From Synergistaceae bacterium (GTDB lineage Bacteria > Synergistota > Synergistia > Synergistales > Synergistaceae): a stretch of 64,000 nucleotides of DNA. The DNA is taken from assembly GCA_031273805.1 (NCBI GenBank), contig JAISRE010000004.1, forward strand, positions 2,103 through 66,102, given 5' to 3'. Below are positions 20,405-28,477 of the stretch, one piece after another. Made by a program: the position numbers and the translations under genes. Under the pieces are notes generated by a model that was not told where the DNA came from, did no database searches, and was given only the letters and a program-made list of their open reading frames with translations. The stretch's first letter is position 1, and each line of letters starts with the position of its first letter.

Positions 20405-20824
20405 ATGGCTGATATGTTTGATCAAAAAAAACGCAGCGAAATTATGTCTAGGGTTCACAGTTCAAACACAACACCGGAAATAAAGGTTAGAAAACTATTA
20501 CACGAAATGGGATATCGTTTCCGCCTGCACATGCGTGATTTACCGGGCAATCCTGACATAGTGCTCTCCAAATATAAAACGGTTATATTTGTACACGGTT
20601 GTTTTTGGCATGGATGCCCAACGTGTAAACACGCGCAAATCCGCCCGAAAACAAATTCAGATTATTGGAATACGAAACTTGATCGAACCTTAAAACGAGA
20701 CAAAGAAAAAAAATCTGAATTAGAGAATATGGGTTGGCGTGTTTTAACGATATGGGAATGCGAAACAAAGAAGGATATTTCTGCATTGAGGTTAAAGCTA
20801 ACGGAGTCGATCAATTGTTTTTAA
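20405..20824 (+). CDS. vsr: very short patch repair endonuclease
   Basis: 139 aa, KKRSEIMSRVHSSNTTPEIKVRKLLHEMGYRFRLH...PDIVLSKYKTVIFVHGCFWHGC...YWNTKLDRTLKRD, the classic Vsr pattern. Confidence 0.9.
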   Translation: MADMFDQKKRSEIMSRVHSSNTTPEIKVRKLLHEMGYRFRLHMRDLPGNPDIVLSKYKTVIFVHGCFWHGCPTCKHAQIRPKTNSDYWNTKLDRTLKRDKEKKSELENMGWRVLTIWECETKKDISALRLKLTESINCF

Positions 20825-20951
20825 CCATAGTTCCTCCGCTGGATAGATTACCGGCGGAGATGAAACTCCGGAAGAGGTGGTAGAATACTTACGTCTCGAT
20901 TGGTTTTGTTCGTAGTCTCACAGGTCGGATTATCAGGGGGGAGAGCATGTC

Positions 20952-22871
20952 ATGAGTACAACTGTATTGCGGGAATATGAGACTCTCATGGCGCGCGCGA
21001 ATCCCTCATCGGCTCGCCCTCCGCTTAAATGGGCCGGAGGGAAAACACAGCTCCTGAATGATTTGATCCGCAAAATCCCGAAACATTACAATAAATATAT
21101 AGAGCCATTCTTTGGCGGGGGCGCGCTCTTTTTTGCCATCCACCCGACAAAGGGCGTTATTTCTGACAGTAACCCCGAGATCATGAACGCGTACAGAGTG
21201 ATTTCCATGGACATCGAGTCTGTTATGCGTTTTTTGCAGCAATACGACAACTCTGAGGAGACATTTTACCGGGTCCGCTCCATGGACTGGACGAAAATGC
21301 AGCCGGCGGAGGCCGCGGCAAGGACCATATTCTTAAATAAGACTTGCTTCAATGGGCTATACAGGGTAAACAAAAACGGACAGTTCAATGTCCCCTTTGG
21401 CAGATACAAAAACCCAAAAATCATTGACCGCGCCGTTCTCGTCGCATCCTCAGAGATGCTGAAGAACGCTACCATTGTCTGCGGCGACTATAAACATGTT
21501 CTGCGGGAGCACGCGCGACCGGATGACTTTATCTTTTTGGACCCGCCGTATCTGCCGATTTCAGAATATGCCGATTTTAAGCGCTACACGAAGGAGCAGT
21601 TTTATGAGGAAGATCATATTGAACTGGCACGCGAAATCGAACACCTGCGCAAATCAGGCTGCCATATTATTTTGACGAGCTCCAATCACCCCTTGGTTCA
21701 TGAACTATATGGCGCGTATAACATCGAGGTGCTGCAGACAAAGAGACACATCTCCTGCAACGGCAATTCCCGCAATGGAGAGGATGTTATAGTTTCAATC
21801 CCTCCCGCAAGGCAGTTGAGCATTTATCTTGCCCCAAGTCCGCAGCCCAGGCAGCTGTCAAGGTATCCTTCGACGCGGTTCATGGGGTCGAAGAGCAAAT
21901 TGCTCGGCCAGATTTGGGCTATCGCCGGCCAGTTTGAGTTCGATACCGCTGCGGATCTCTTCTCCGGTTCGGGAATCGTTGGATATATGTTCAAAACATA
22001 CGGCAAGGCCGTTATCAGCAATGACTATATGGCCATGTCAGCAACCTACGCAAAGGCGATGATCGAGAATAACTCGACAACGCTCCCGCCGAACGAGGCG
22101 GATGCCCTGCTGATAAAGAGCGGGAACACGGACGGGTTTGTGGAAAAAACATTCAAAGGGCTGTACTTCACCGACGAGGAAAACCGGCTTATCGACGTTC
22201 TGCGCGCGAATATAGCCGCCATACGCGATCAGTACAAACGGGCGATCGCGCTGTCGGCGCTTATGCGGGCGTGCGCTAAAAAACGCCCTCGCGGGATATT
22301 TACATATGTGGGCGAACGGTACAATGACGGGCGCAGGGACCTGAGCATCTCCCTTCAGGATCACTTTCTCGAAGCGGTACATACGGTCAATGGCGCGGTA
22401 TTTGACAATGGAAGGGAAAACAGGGCGCGTCATGGCGACGCAATGACCTACAGGGGCGGCAGGCCGGATATAATTTATATCGACCCGCCGTACTATTCAC
22501 CATACTCTGACAACGAGTATGTGCGGCGGTATCATTTTCTGGAGGGGCTGGCTCGCGGCTGGAAGGGCGTCGAGATACAGGAGCACACTCTTACAAAAAA
22601 ATTCAAGTCATACCCAACTCCCTTTTCCACGCGCATGGGGGCACAAGACGCGTTTGACAAGTTATTCAAAAGATATCGAGACAGCGTTCTGATCGTCTCC
22701 TATTCATCGAACAGTTTGCCCGGCCTGGATGAAATGGTCGCGTCAATGTCAAAGCATAAGCGGCATGTGGATGTGGTTCCTGTCGATCACCGCTACTCTT
22801 TCGGCAACCAAAGGTCAGGCGAGGAAAACGACAATAACAAGGTCAAGGAGTATTTATTCGTTGGTTACTGA
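20952..22871 (+). CDS. fused double N6-adenine DNA methyltransferase (two Dam/D12-like domains), type IIS modification enzyme
   Basis: 639 aa. Domain 1 has PLKWAGGKTQLL, EPFFGGGALFF and FLDPPY. Domain 2 has RFMGSKSKLL, DLFSGSGIVG and YIDPPYY. Two complete catalytic modules fit methylation of both strands of an asymmetric site. Confidence 0.8.
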   Translation: MSTTVLREYETLMARANPSSARPPLKWAGGKTQLLNDLIRKIPKHYNKYIEPFFGGGALFFAIHPTKGVISDSNPEIMNAYRVISMDIESVMRFLQQYDNSEETFYRVRSMDWTKMQPAEAAARTIFLNKTCFNGLYRVNKNGQFNVPFGRYKNPKIIDRAVLVASSEMLKNATIVCGDYKHVLREHARPDDFIFLDPPYLPISEYADFKRYTKEQFYEEDHIELAREIEHLRKSGCHIILTSSNHPLVHELYGAYNIEVLQTKRHISCNGNSRNGEDVIVSIPPARQLSIYLAPSPQPRQLSRYPSTRFMGSKSKLLGQIWAIAGQFEFDTAADLFSGSGIVGYMFKTYGKAVISNDYMAMSATYAKAMIENNSTTLPPNEADALLIKSGNTDGFVEKTFKGLYFTDEENRLIDVLRANIAAIRDQYKRAIALSALMRACAKKRPRGIFTYVGERYNDGRRDLSISLQDHFLEAVHTVNGAVFDNGRENRARHGDAMTYRGGRPDIIYIDPPYYSPYSDNEYVRRYHFLEGLARGWKGVEIQEHTLTKKFKSYPTPFSTRMGAQDAFDKLFKRYRDSVLIVSYSSNSLPGLDEMVASMSKHKRHVDVVPVDHRYSFGNQRSGEENDNNKVKEYLFVGY

Positions 22872-22881
22872 GGTGTGAGGC

Positions 22882-24648
22882 ATGTCGTCCCCGTGGGCGT
22901 TTGGCAATACAACAGTACGAAACCCATTGCGCATCAGAAGCGGCTTGATCGTTCTTAAAAACTCAGCGTTGAACGGATTTTTAATCGGAAAATCCCAAGA
23001 GCTCAAATTCGCTGAGCTGCTTGACGCTGCCGGCGTCGTGGAAATTAAGAATCCGTCGCGGGACTACAGTGATCTGGGGCGAAAGTGGCGCTCCTGCTTC
23101 TCGCAGTTGGGTTTTATCACTCACAAATTTTCGCGGGGGACCGAGTTGGGAAAAACGGAGCCGTTAATAGGGAGCGCGATAAAACTGATCGGAGACCGCA
23201 GGATGACCGGCCTGCCATTTGAGATAACCCCGATCGGCCGCAGGCTCATCGACGCGGAGAGTTTTCCCGAGCAGCAGGAGTGCATGCTTCGCGCGCTGAA
23301 ATCATATGAGATCCCGTCGGCAATAGAGGCGCACAACGGCGTAACCCCCTTCAAGCCGTTATTCTTCATGCTCCAGGCTCTGACGGAGTTACTCGCCCAG
23401 ACAGGAACAGGTCTTTCAGGTGTTGAAATGGGAGTTCTCCAGGTGTTTCGCACACATGACCCTGACGAGATAAAAGACATAATAGCCCTCATAGTCAAAT
23501 ACAGGGAGCTCTGTCAAAATACCGATGGAACGGTCGCGAAAAGAATGCTCGGCCGCAAGACATTGGAGCCTTTCGCAGACAATATGGGAATTAGGTTCGA
23601 GTCGTTAAATGATTATGCCGACTTGAACTTTCGCTACCTGCGGCATACCGGCCTCTTTTCATACAGGGGACGGCGGCTTGTTTTTAACTCCGACAAACAA
23701 GCTATCATAGACGCGATTTTGAGCGATGGCGTTAAACCGGCAGGCGCGAACAACGAACAGTACCTGGCTGGTCTATGGGCTGGAGCGCCTCTGCCAACCG
23801 ACGACGAGAGGGGCGCGTTATCTGAAATCACAAGATATCGCAATTTGCTCGCCAACTGCGATATTCCGCCGGACCTGCTGCCGGATGTGCCGGAGCATCC
23901 GTCCATTGCGGACATGAACATGATCAGACTTCGCCTGGAGAAAATGCGTCAAGATCAGCTGGAGCTTCAATACGCCGCGATTCAGGCGGAGGAACCGTAT
24001 ATATCAGAGACTATCGCGTACTTGAAAAAGCTCGATAATCAAAACGATGAGTGCACTAAGAACCTCGAAAAAATAGACGATAAGGCGGCGTATCTCGAAT
24101 GGGCAGTATGGCGCGCGTTTTTGGCAATTGACAGTTTGGTGAATCCCGCGTATGAAGCCCGGCGTTTCCGCGTCGATCAGGACTTTTACCCCATAGGATG
24201 CGCTCCGGGGCGTGGACCGGATATGATTTTCATCTTTGAAGATTTTGCCTTTGTCGTTGAGGTGACGCTGACCTCCTCCTCCAGACAGGAGGCTGCCGAG
24301 GGCGAGCCGGTAAGAAGACACGTCGCGATGGAAAAGGAACGAATAGCCGGAGAAAGCGGCAAGCCGGTTTATGGGTTGTTCTTGGCCGGAACAATTGACA
24401 ACAATACGGCGGAAACCTTTAGAATTGGCGTTTGGTATAATGGCGACAACCCTGAGTTTATTAACATTGTTCCGTTAAAACTGAGCCAGTTCATTCAGAT
24501 AATGGTCGTGTTTCGCGAGCGGCGCTTCTCAGCCGCGCGCCTGCGGCAACTCCTGGACACCTGCCTGATTCCGCGCAACGCTCATGCCCCGGCATGGAAA
24601 AAGGAGATAGAGACGAGCGTTATGGATTTCATATCCTCGATTACGTAA
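22882..24648 (+). CDS. type IIS restriction endonuclease, AlwI/PleI/MlyI/N.BstNBI-like family
   Basis: 588 aa. Segments NFRYLRHTGLFSYRGRRLVFNSDKQAIIDAILS and GRGPDMIFIFEDFAFVVEVTLTSSSRQEAAEGEPVRRH (PD...E-V-T nuclease core) match my recollection of AlwI-family enzymes. It sits directly downstream of the double methyltransferase. Confidence 0.65.
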   Translation: MSSPWAFGNTTVRNPLRIRSGLIVLKNSALNGFLIGKSQELKFAELLDAAGVVEIKNPSRDYSDLGRKWRSCFSQLGFITHKFSRGTELGKTEPLIGSAIKLIGDRRMTGLPFEITPIGRRLIDAESFPEQQECMLRALKSYEIPSAIEAHNGVTPFKPLFFMLQALTELLAQTGTGLSGVEMGVLQVFRTHDPDEIKDIIALIVKYRELCQNTDGTVAKRMLGRKTLEPFADNMGIRFESLNDYADLNFRYLRHTGLFSYRGRRLVFNSDKQAIIDAILSDGVKPAGANNEQYLAGLWAGAPLPTDDERGALSEITRYRNLLANCDIPPDLLPDVPEHPSIADMNMIRLRLEKMRQDQLELQYAAIQAEEPYISETIAYLKKLDNQNDECTKNLEKIDDKAAYLEWAVWRAFLAIDSLVNPAYEARRFRVDQDFYPIGCAPGRGPDMIFIFEDFAFVVEVTLTSSSRQEAAEGEPVRRHVAMEKERIAGESGKPVYGLFLAGTIDNNTAETFRIGVWYNGDNPEFINIVPLKLSQFIQIMVVFRERRFSAARLRQLLDTCLIPRNAHAPAWKKEIETSVMDFISSIT

Positions 24649-24696
24649 AGATCGACCGGAAGCTAGCCGGTTCTCTCAATAAATGAATATGAATAT

Positions 24697-25010
24697 TAGT
24701 AGCTCAGGTAAAGGGTCAAGGTACCCGAACGAACGAAGTGAGTCGGGCGCCTTGCCCCCCCAGAACTACGACATGTGACAAGCCTTATAGTCATATAATC
24801 TCTATTTTTCAATATGACTATCAAGTTAACTCAGGTAGAGACTCAAGCCGCCGAATGAACGAAGCAAATCGGCGACCGACAAGGATGTCGGACGAGTGGC
24901 GAAGTAAGCGTAAAACCGCGTTCTTCGTGCGGTTTTACGCGGCATGGATGTACTTCCGCCACGGTCCGATTTGCGTAGTGAATCGGGGGCTTGAGTCTCC
25001 AGACCCACAA
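24697..25010. repeat. nested imperfect direct and inverted ~50-bp repeats (units X1, X2, X3') downstream of the R-M genes
   Basis: X1 (24697-24751) and X2 (24821-24877) are direct copies, roughly 70% identical. X3 (24963-25010) is an inverted copy of X2, sharing 12-bp (GAGACTCAAGCC) and 9-bp (GCAAATCGG) perfect blocks. The X2/X3 arms enclose an internal hairpin, GTAAAACCGC..GCGGTTTTAC. Confidence 0.6.
24931..24955. repeat. 25-bp direct repeat, left copy (GGTTTTACGCGGCATGGATGTACTT)
   Basis: Identical at 24 of 25 positions to 25788-25812. Confidence 0.8.
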
Positions 25011-25067
25011 CATGAAGCAAGTTGATAGTCATATTTTTCAAAATTGGATTTGCGAGGTGATGAGATT

Positions 25068-25673
25068 ATGCTGTTTGACTGCCCATTTTACATTGCCTCT
25101 CACGCGGTAGGGCGATTCCGCGAACGTGTGGCGAAAGTATCCTCCACAAGACGCGTCAGAGAGATAATCAACCATGATCTCCAAAAAGGGCAAAAATCCA
25201 TATTCGGCTATGTGAGGCGGGATCGCCAGGTTACGCCGCTTTATCTTGGGAGGCACGAGGATATTGAGTTTCTGATCCCCATCAGCTTAGATACGAGCAA
25301 AACCCGCGCGTGGCCGGTGGTCCCGACGATATTGAATATCGGCAAGGGAGTCTTTCACTGGGCGAGAGGCGACGGCCGCAGGAAATTCCTCGAGACGATG
25401 TGGGACGCCGGAGTGAAAAAGAGCGTGATGGCGAGTCTCCTCGACATTGGAGAGTCCACATTGACGAGGCTCGTCAAAAAATACGGCCTCAAACCCCGCC
25501 GCCGCTCTCACAAACCGATAAAGTGGACAGTGGAGGAGGAACTGGCCCTCATGCGGTTAATATCGGCCCGCTCGTGCACCAGAGATATCATCGGGTATTT
25601 TTCTTTGAATTACCCAAAGCGGCCGAGCTCGACCGTCAGAGTTAAAATACACAGGATGAAATCCCGCACTTAG
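25068..25673 (+). CDS. hypothetical protein with a central HTH and a C-terminal Myb/SANT-like segment
   Basis: 201 aa from the ATG at 25068 (GAGGTGATGAG RBS). It contains SVMASLLDIGESTLTRLVKKYGL (HTH-like) and KWTVEEELALMRLIS (Myb-like). No family was recognised for the N-terminal ~100 aa. Confidence 0.55.
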   Translation: MLFDCPFYIASHAVGRFRERVAKVSSTRRVREIINHDLQKGQKSIFGYVRRDRQVTPLYLGRHEDIEFLIPISLDTSKTRAWPVVPTILNIGKGVFHWARGDGRRKFLETMWDAGVKKSVMASLLDIGESTLTRLVKKYGLKPRRRSHKPIKWTVEEELALMRLISARSCTRDIIGYFSLNYPKRPSSTVRVKIHRMKSRT

Positions 25674-25787
25674 CCCGAATTTTTTAACCGGCGCATTCCG
25701 AAGGCCTGCCATTTTTTTTGCGGTCCTTGTTTTACGCTTCATTGATGTATAAAATACACTCAGCAATGATCTGATTAACTTAGCTGA

Positions 25788-25812
25788 GGTTTTACGCGGC
25801 ATGGATGTATTT
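25788..25812. repeat. 25-bp direct repeat, right copy (GGTTTTACGCGGCATGGATGTATTT)
   Basis: Identical at 24 of 25 positions to 24931-24955. A degenerate third copy (GTTTTACGCTTCATTGATGTAT) lies at 25739-25760. Confidence 0.8.
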
Positions 25813-25853
25813 CAGTATTTTACTCAAAAATATTAAATATTGGAGGTTTTACA

Positions 25854-27083
25854 ATGGACTATCGGACACCAAATAACAATATGCGGAACATTGCTTACGG
25901 CGGAGGGATTCGCGAGATATTGGCCCGCGCTGACGCGCTGGAGCGCTCCGGCCGCAATATCCTGCACATGGAGATAGGACGCCCTGACTTAGATTCGCCG
26001 AAACGAGCCAAGGATGCCGTTATTCGCGCGCTGGAGGCAGGGGATGTCCACTACACGGACATGACCGGCTCGCTGGAGCTTCGCAGGGAAATAGCGGCGA
26101 AATACAAGCGCGAAGCTGGAATCGACGTGGACCCGGAGATGGAGATAATAGTGACCGCCGGAGCGATAGAGGCGCTTATGATGGTGTTCATGACCATGAT
26201 GAACCCCGGAGAGGAGGTCCTCATTCCCGCGCCTTATTTCCCGCCTTACGGGGATCAGATCAAGACCGCCGGCTGCGTTCTCCGAGGCGTCCCGTGCAAA
26301 ATAGAAAACGGGTTCAGACCTCAACCGCAGGATATAGAGGAAGCCGTCACGCCACAGACCAGGATAATTCTGCTTAACTCGCCCAACAACCCGACCGGAG
26401 CCGTGCTGACCAGAAAGGAGCTCCTGGGAATCGCGGATGTGGCGCGCAAACACGACCTTCTGGTGATATCCGACGAGTGCTACGAGAAATTCATCTATGA
26501 CTCGGATACGCCGCACATCAGCATGGCCTCGCTGCCAGGCATGAGGGAGCGAGTCTTCACACTGTCGGCGGTATCGAAGACGTTCTCCATGACCGGCTGG
26601 AGAATAGGCTGGCTCTTGCACCCGGCGGAGGTCAAGCCCTATCTCATGAAGTGTCATCAGGGCCTGACCACATGCGCCAATTCATTCGCCCAGGCAGGCG
26701 CCGCAGAGGCGCTTCGAAGCTGCGCCTCCGATGTCGAACACATGATAGAGGAGTACAAGAGAAGGCGAGATCTCATGGTCAGCATGCTCTCGGCAATCGA
26801 CGGAATAGACGTGCCTGTGCCGGGAGGGGCTTTTTACGTCTTCCCGAGCATAAAGAGGCTTGGCATAGGTTCGATCGACTTCTGCCGCCGCCTGCTGGAT
26901 GAGGAGGGAGTCTCGACCGTCCCCGGACAGCCGTTCGGGGTGGAGGACGGGTATCTCCGCATCACCTACTGCAGGCCGGAGGGGGAGATAAGGGAGGCTA
27001 TAAGCCGCATGGCCGACTTCGCCAAAAGGCTGAGAGCGGAGAACAGTGCGCCCTCCGCTAAGGCTGCCGACAAAAACCTATAA
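25854..27083 (+). CDS. class I/II pyridoxal-phosphate-dependent aminotransferase (aspartate aminotransferase-like)
   Basis: 409 aa with LNSPNNPTGAV and the SAVSKTFSMTGWRIGW lysine motif. GGAGG RBS. Confidence 0.85.
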   Translation: MDYRTPNNNMRNIAYGGGIREILARADALERSGRNILHMEIGRPDLDSPKRAKDAVIRALEAGDVHYTDMTGSLELRREIAAKYKREAGIDVDPEMEIIVTAGAIEALMMVFMTMMNPGEEVLIPAPYFPPYGDQIKTAGCVLRGVPCKIENGFRPQPQDIEEAVTPQTRIILLNSPNNPTGAVLTRKELLGIADVARKHDLLVISDECYEKFIYDSDTPHISMASLPGMRERVFTLSAVSKTFSMTGWRIGWLLHPAEVKPYLMKCHQGLTTCANSFAQAGAAEALRSCASDVEHMIEEYKRRRDLMVSMLSAIDGIDVPVPGGAFYVFPSIKRLGIGSIDFCRRLLDEEGVSTVPGQPFGVEDGYLRITYCRPEGEIREAISRMADFAKRLRAENSAPSAKAADKNL

Positions 27084-27211
27084 TATTTACGCGATATGGC
27101 TATAAAGTAATCCGGAAAAGGGGATTATTATAAATTGGCGCACCCCCTAACAGGGGAACAGCCCGTGAAACAGCGTTCTTATGAGCGTGAGAATATTGGA
27201 GGTACCAAAAT

Positions 27212-28429
27212 ATGTTGAAATCCACCACCGTAATTACAGAAGAGCTTGACGACATCGACGCCGGGACATCAGAGCTGGCGGAAAAAACACTGAAAAATCT
27301 GCATATGCGGAGCAACGGTTTTGCCCTGCTGCTCTGTGACTCCGATGTCGATCACGAAATTTTCGCACATACCCTGCATCAAAAACTGGGAGTCCCCATA
27401 GTCGGGTTCTCCTCAACTGCCATGATAAGCGGGGAGAGGGGGCTCACCGACATGTCCGCGATACTGACCACCGTCACATCGGACGATGTGTTTTTCTCCG
27501 TCGCGACAAGCGAACCTCTCACCCCTGAAAACGTCGCGAGTCAGATAGAGCGGACGTACAAGAAAGCACTTGAAACGCTCAAAGGGGAACCCTCTCTGGT
27601 CATGGCGTTCCCGCCGTATATATTGGGGATAATGCTCGACGTATATCCGCGGGAGTTTGACCGCGTCTCCGGAGGGCTTCCGATATTCGGAGGGCTTCCC
27701 GCCCACGACGAAACAAATGGACGCAGCGCGGTTTATTGCGGCGACACGGCATCAGGGGAGAGGCTGACGGTGCTTCTGATGTCCGGAGCGGTAAGACCGG
27801 TTATGACGGTTAAAAATCACATCGGCGCCCTATTGTCAGGCTTGAAAAGGACCGTCACGAGCTCAAACGATAACGTCATCCACAGAGTCGGGAACGAAAC
27901 TTTCGTGGAGTTCATCGAGGAGTTCGGTCTGGACGCCGCAAAACTTGCCAATCCCGATGAGAAGACCACGTCGTTTACCACGTATCCGCTGCTCGTGGAG
28001 AAACCGGGGATAGCAAACCCTGACGGTGTGCCAATCGTCAGGACTCTGCACGGAGTGGACCTGAAGTCGGGCTCCGGCACGGCTATCGGGGAAGTTCCCG
28101 AGGGCAGCGTTCTTTCAATCGGAGTGCTGCAGGCAAATGACATAGAGACCTCGACGCAAAACAGCACGCAGGATCTTCTGGAGAAGATGAAGCAAAACGA
28201 GGCGGAGGGCTACAAATACTCGATGGTATTCGCCGTCTCCTGTGTGGCGAGGTATTACGTCATGGCGAGCAAAAACACCCTCGAGGCGGACTCTTTAAAG
28301 AGCGGCCTTCCGCGCGATCTGTCGCTGTCCGGGTATTACAGCTTCGGAGAAATTTGTCCAACGTCCATAAAATCAGGCAGAGCGCTCAATGCGGCGCATA
28401 ACGAATCTTTAGTTCTGCTCGCGGTCTGA
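27212..28429 (+). CDS. FIST-domain signal sensor protein
   Basis: 405 aa. The layout of FIST_N (ALLLCDSDVDHEIFAHTLHQKLGVPIVGFSS) and FIST_C (GYYSFGEICP) is recognised from memory. It sits directly upstream of a hybrid kinase that lacks an obvious sensor domain. Confidence 0.65.
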   Translation: MLKSTTVITEELDDIDAGTSELAEKTLKNLHMRSNGFALLLCDSDVDHEIFAHTLHQKLGVPIVGFSSTAMISGERGLTDMSAILTTVTSDDVFFSVATSEPLTPENVASQIERTYKKALETLKGEPSLVMAFPPYILGIMLDVYPREFDRVSGGLPIFGGLPAHDETNGRSAVYCGDTASGERLTVLLMSGAVRPVMTVKNHIGALLSGLKRTVTSSNDNVIHRVGNETFVEFIEEFGLDAAKLANPDEKTTSFTTYPLLVEKPGIANPDGVPIVRTLHGVDLKSGSGTAIGEVPEGSVLSIGVLQANDIETSTQNSTQDLLEKMKQNEAEGYKYSMVFAVSCVARYYVMASKNTLEADSLKSGLPRDLSLSGYYSFGEICPTSIKSGRALNAAHNESLVLLAV

Positions 28430-28477
28430 TCGATGGAGGTTTATTCTTGACGAGACCGCTGTCAATAAGCTTATAAA

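Noticed and set aside
24697-24877. The X1/X2 direct repeats considered as a degenerate CRISPR array
   Set aside because: There are only two direct units at roughly 70% identity, the spacing is irregular, a third unit is inverted, and no cas genes are present.
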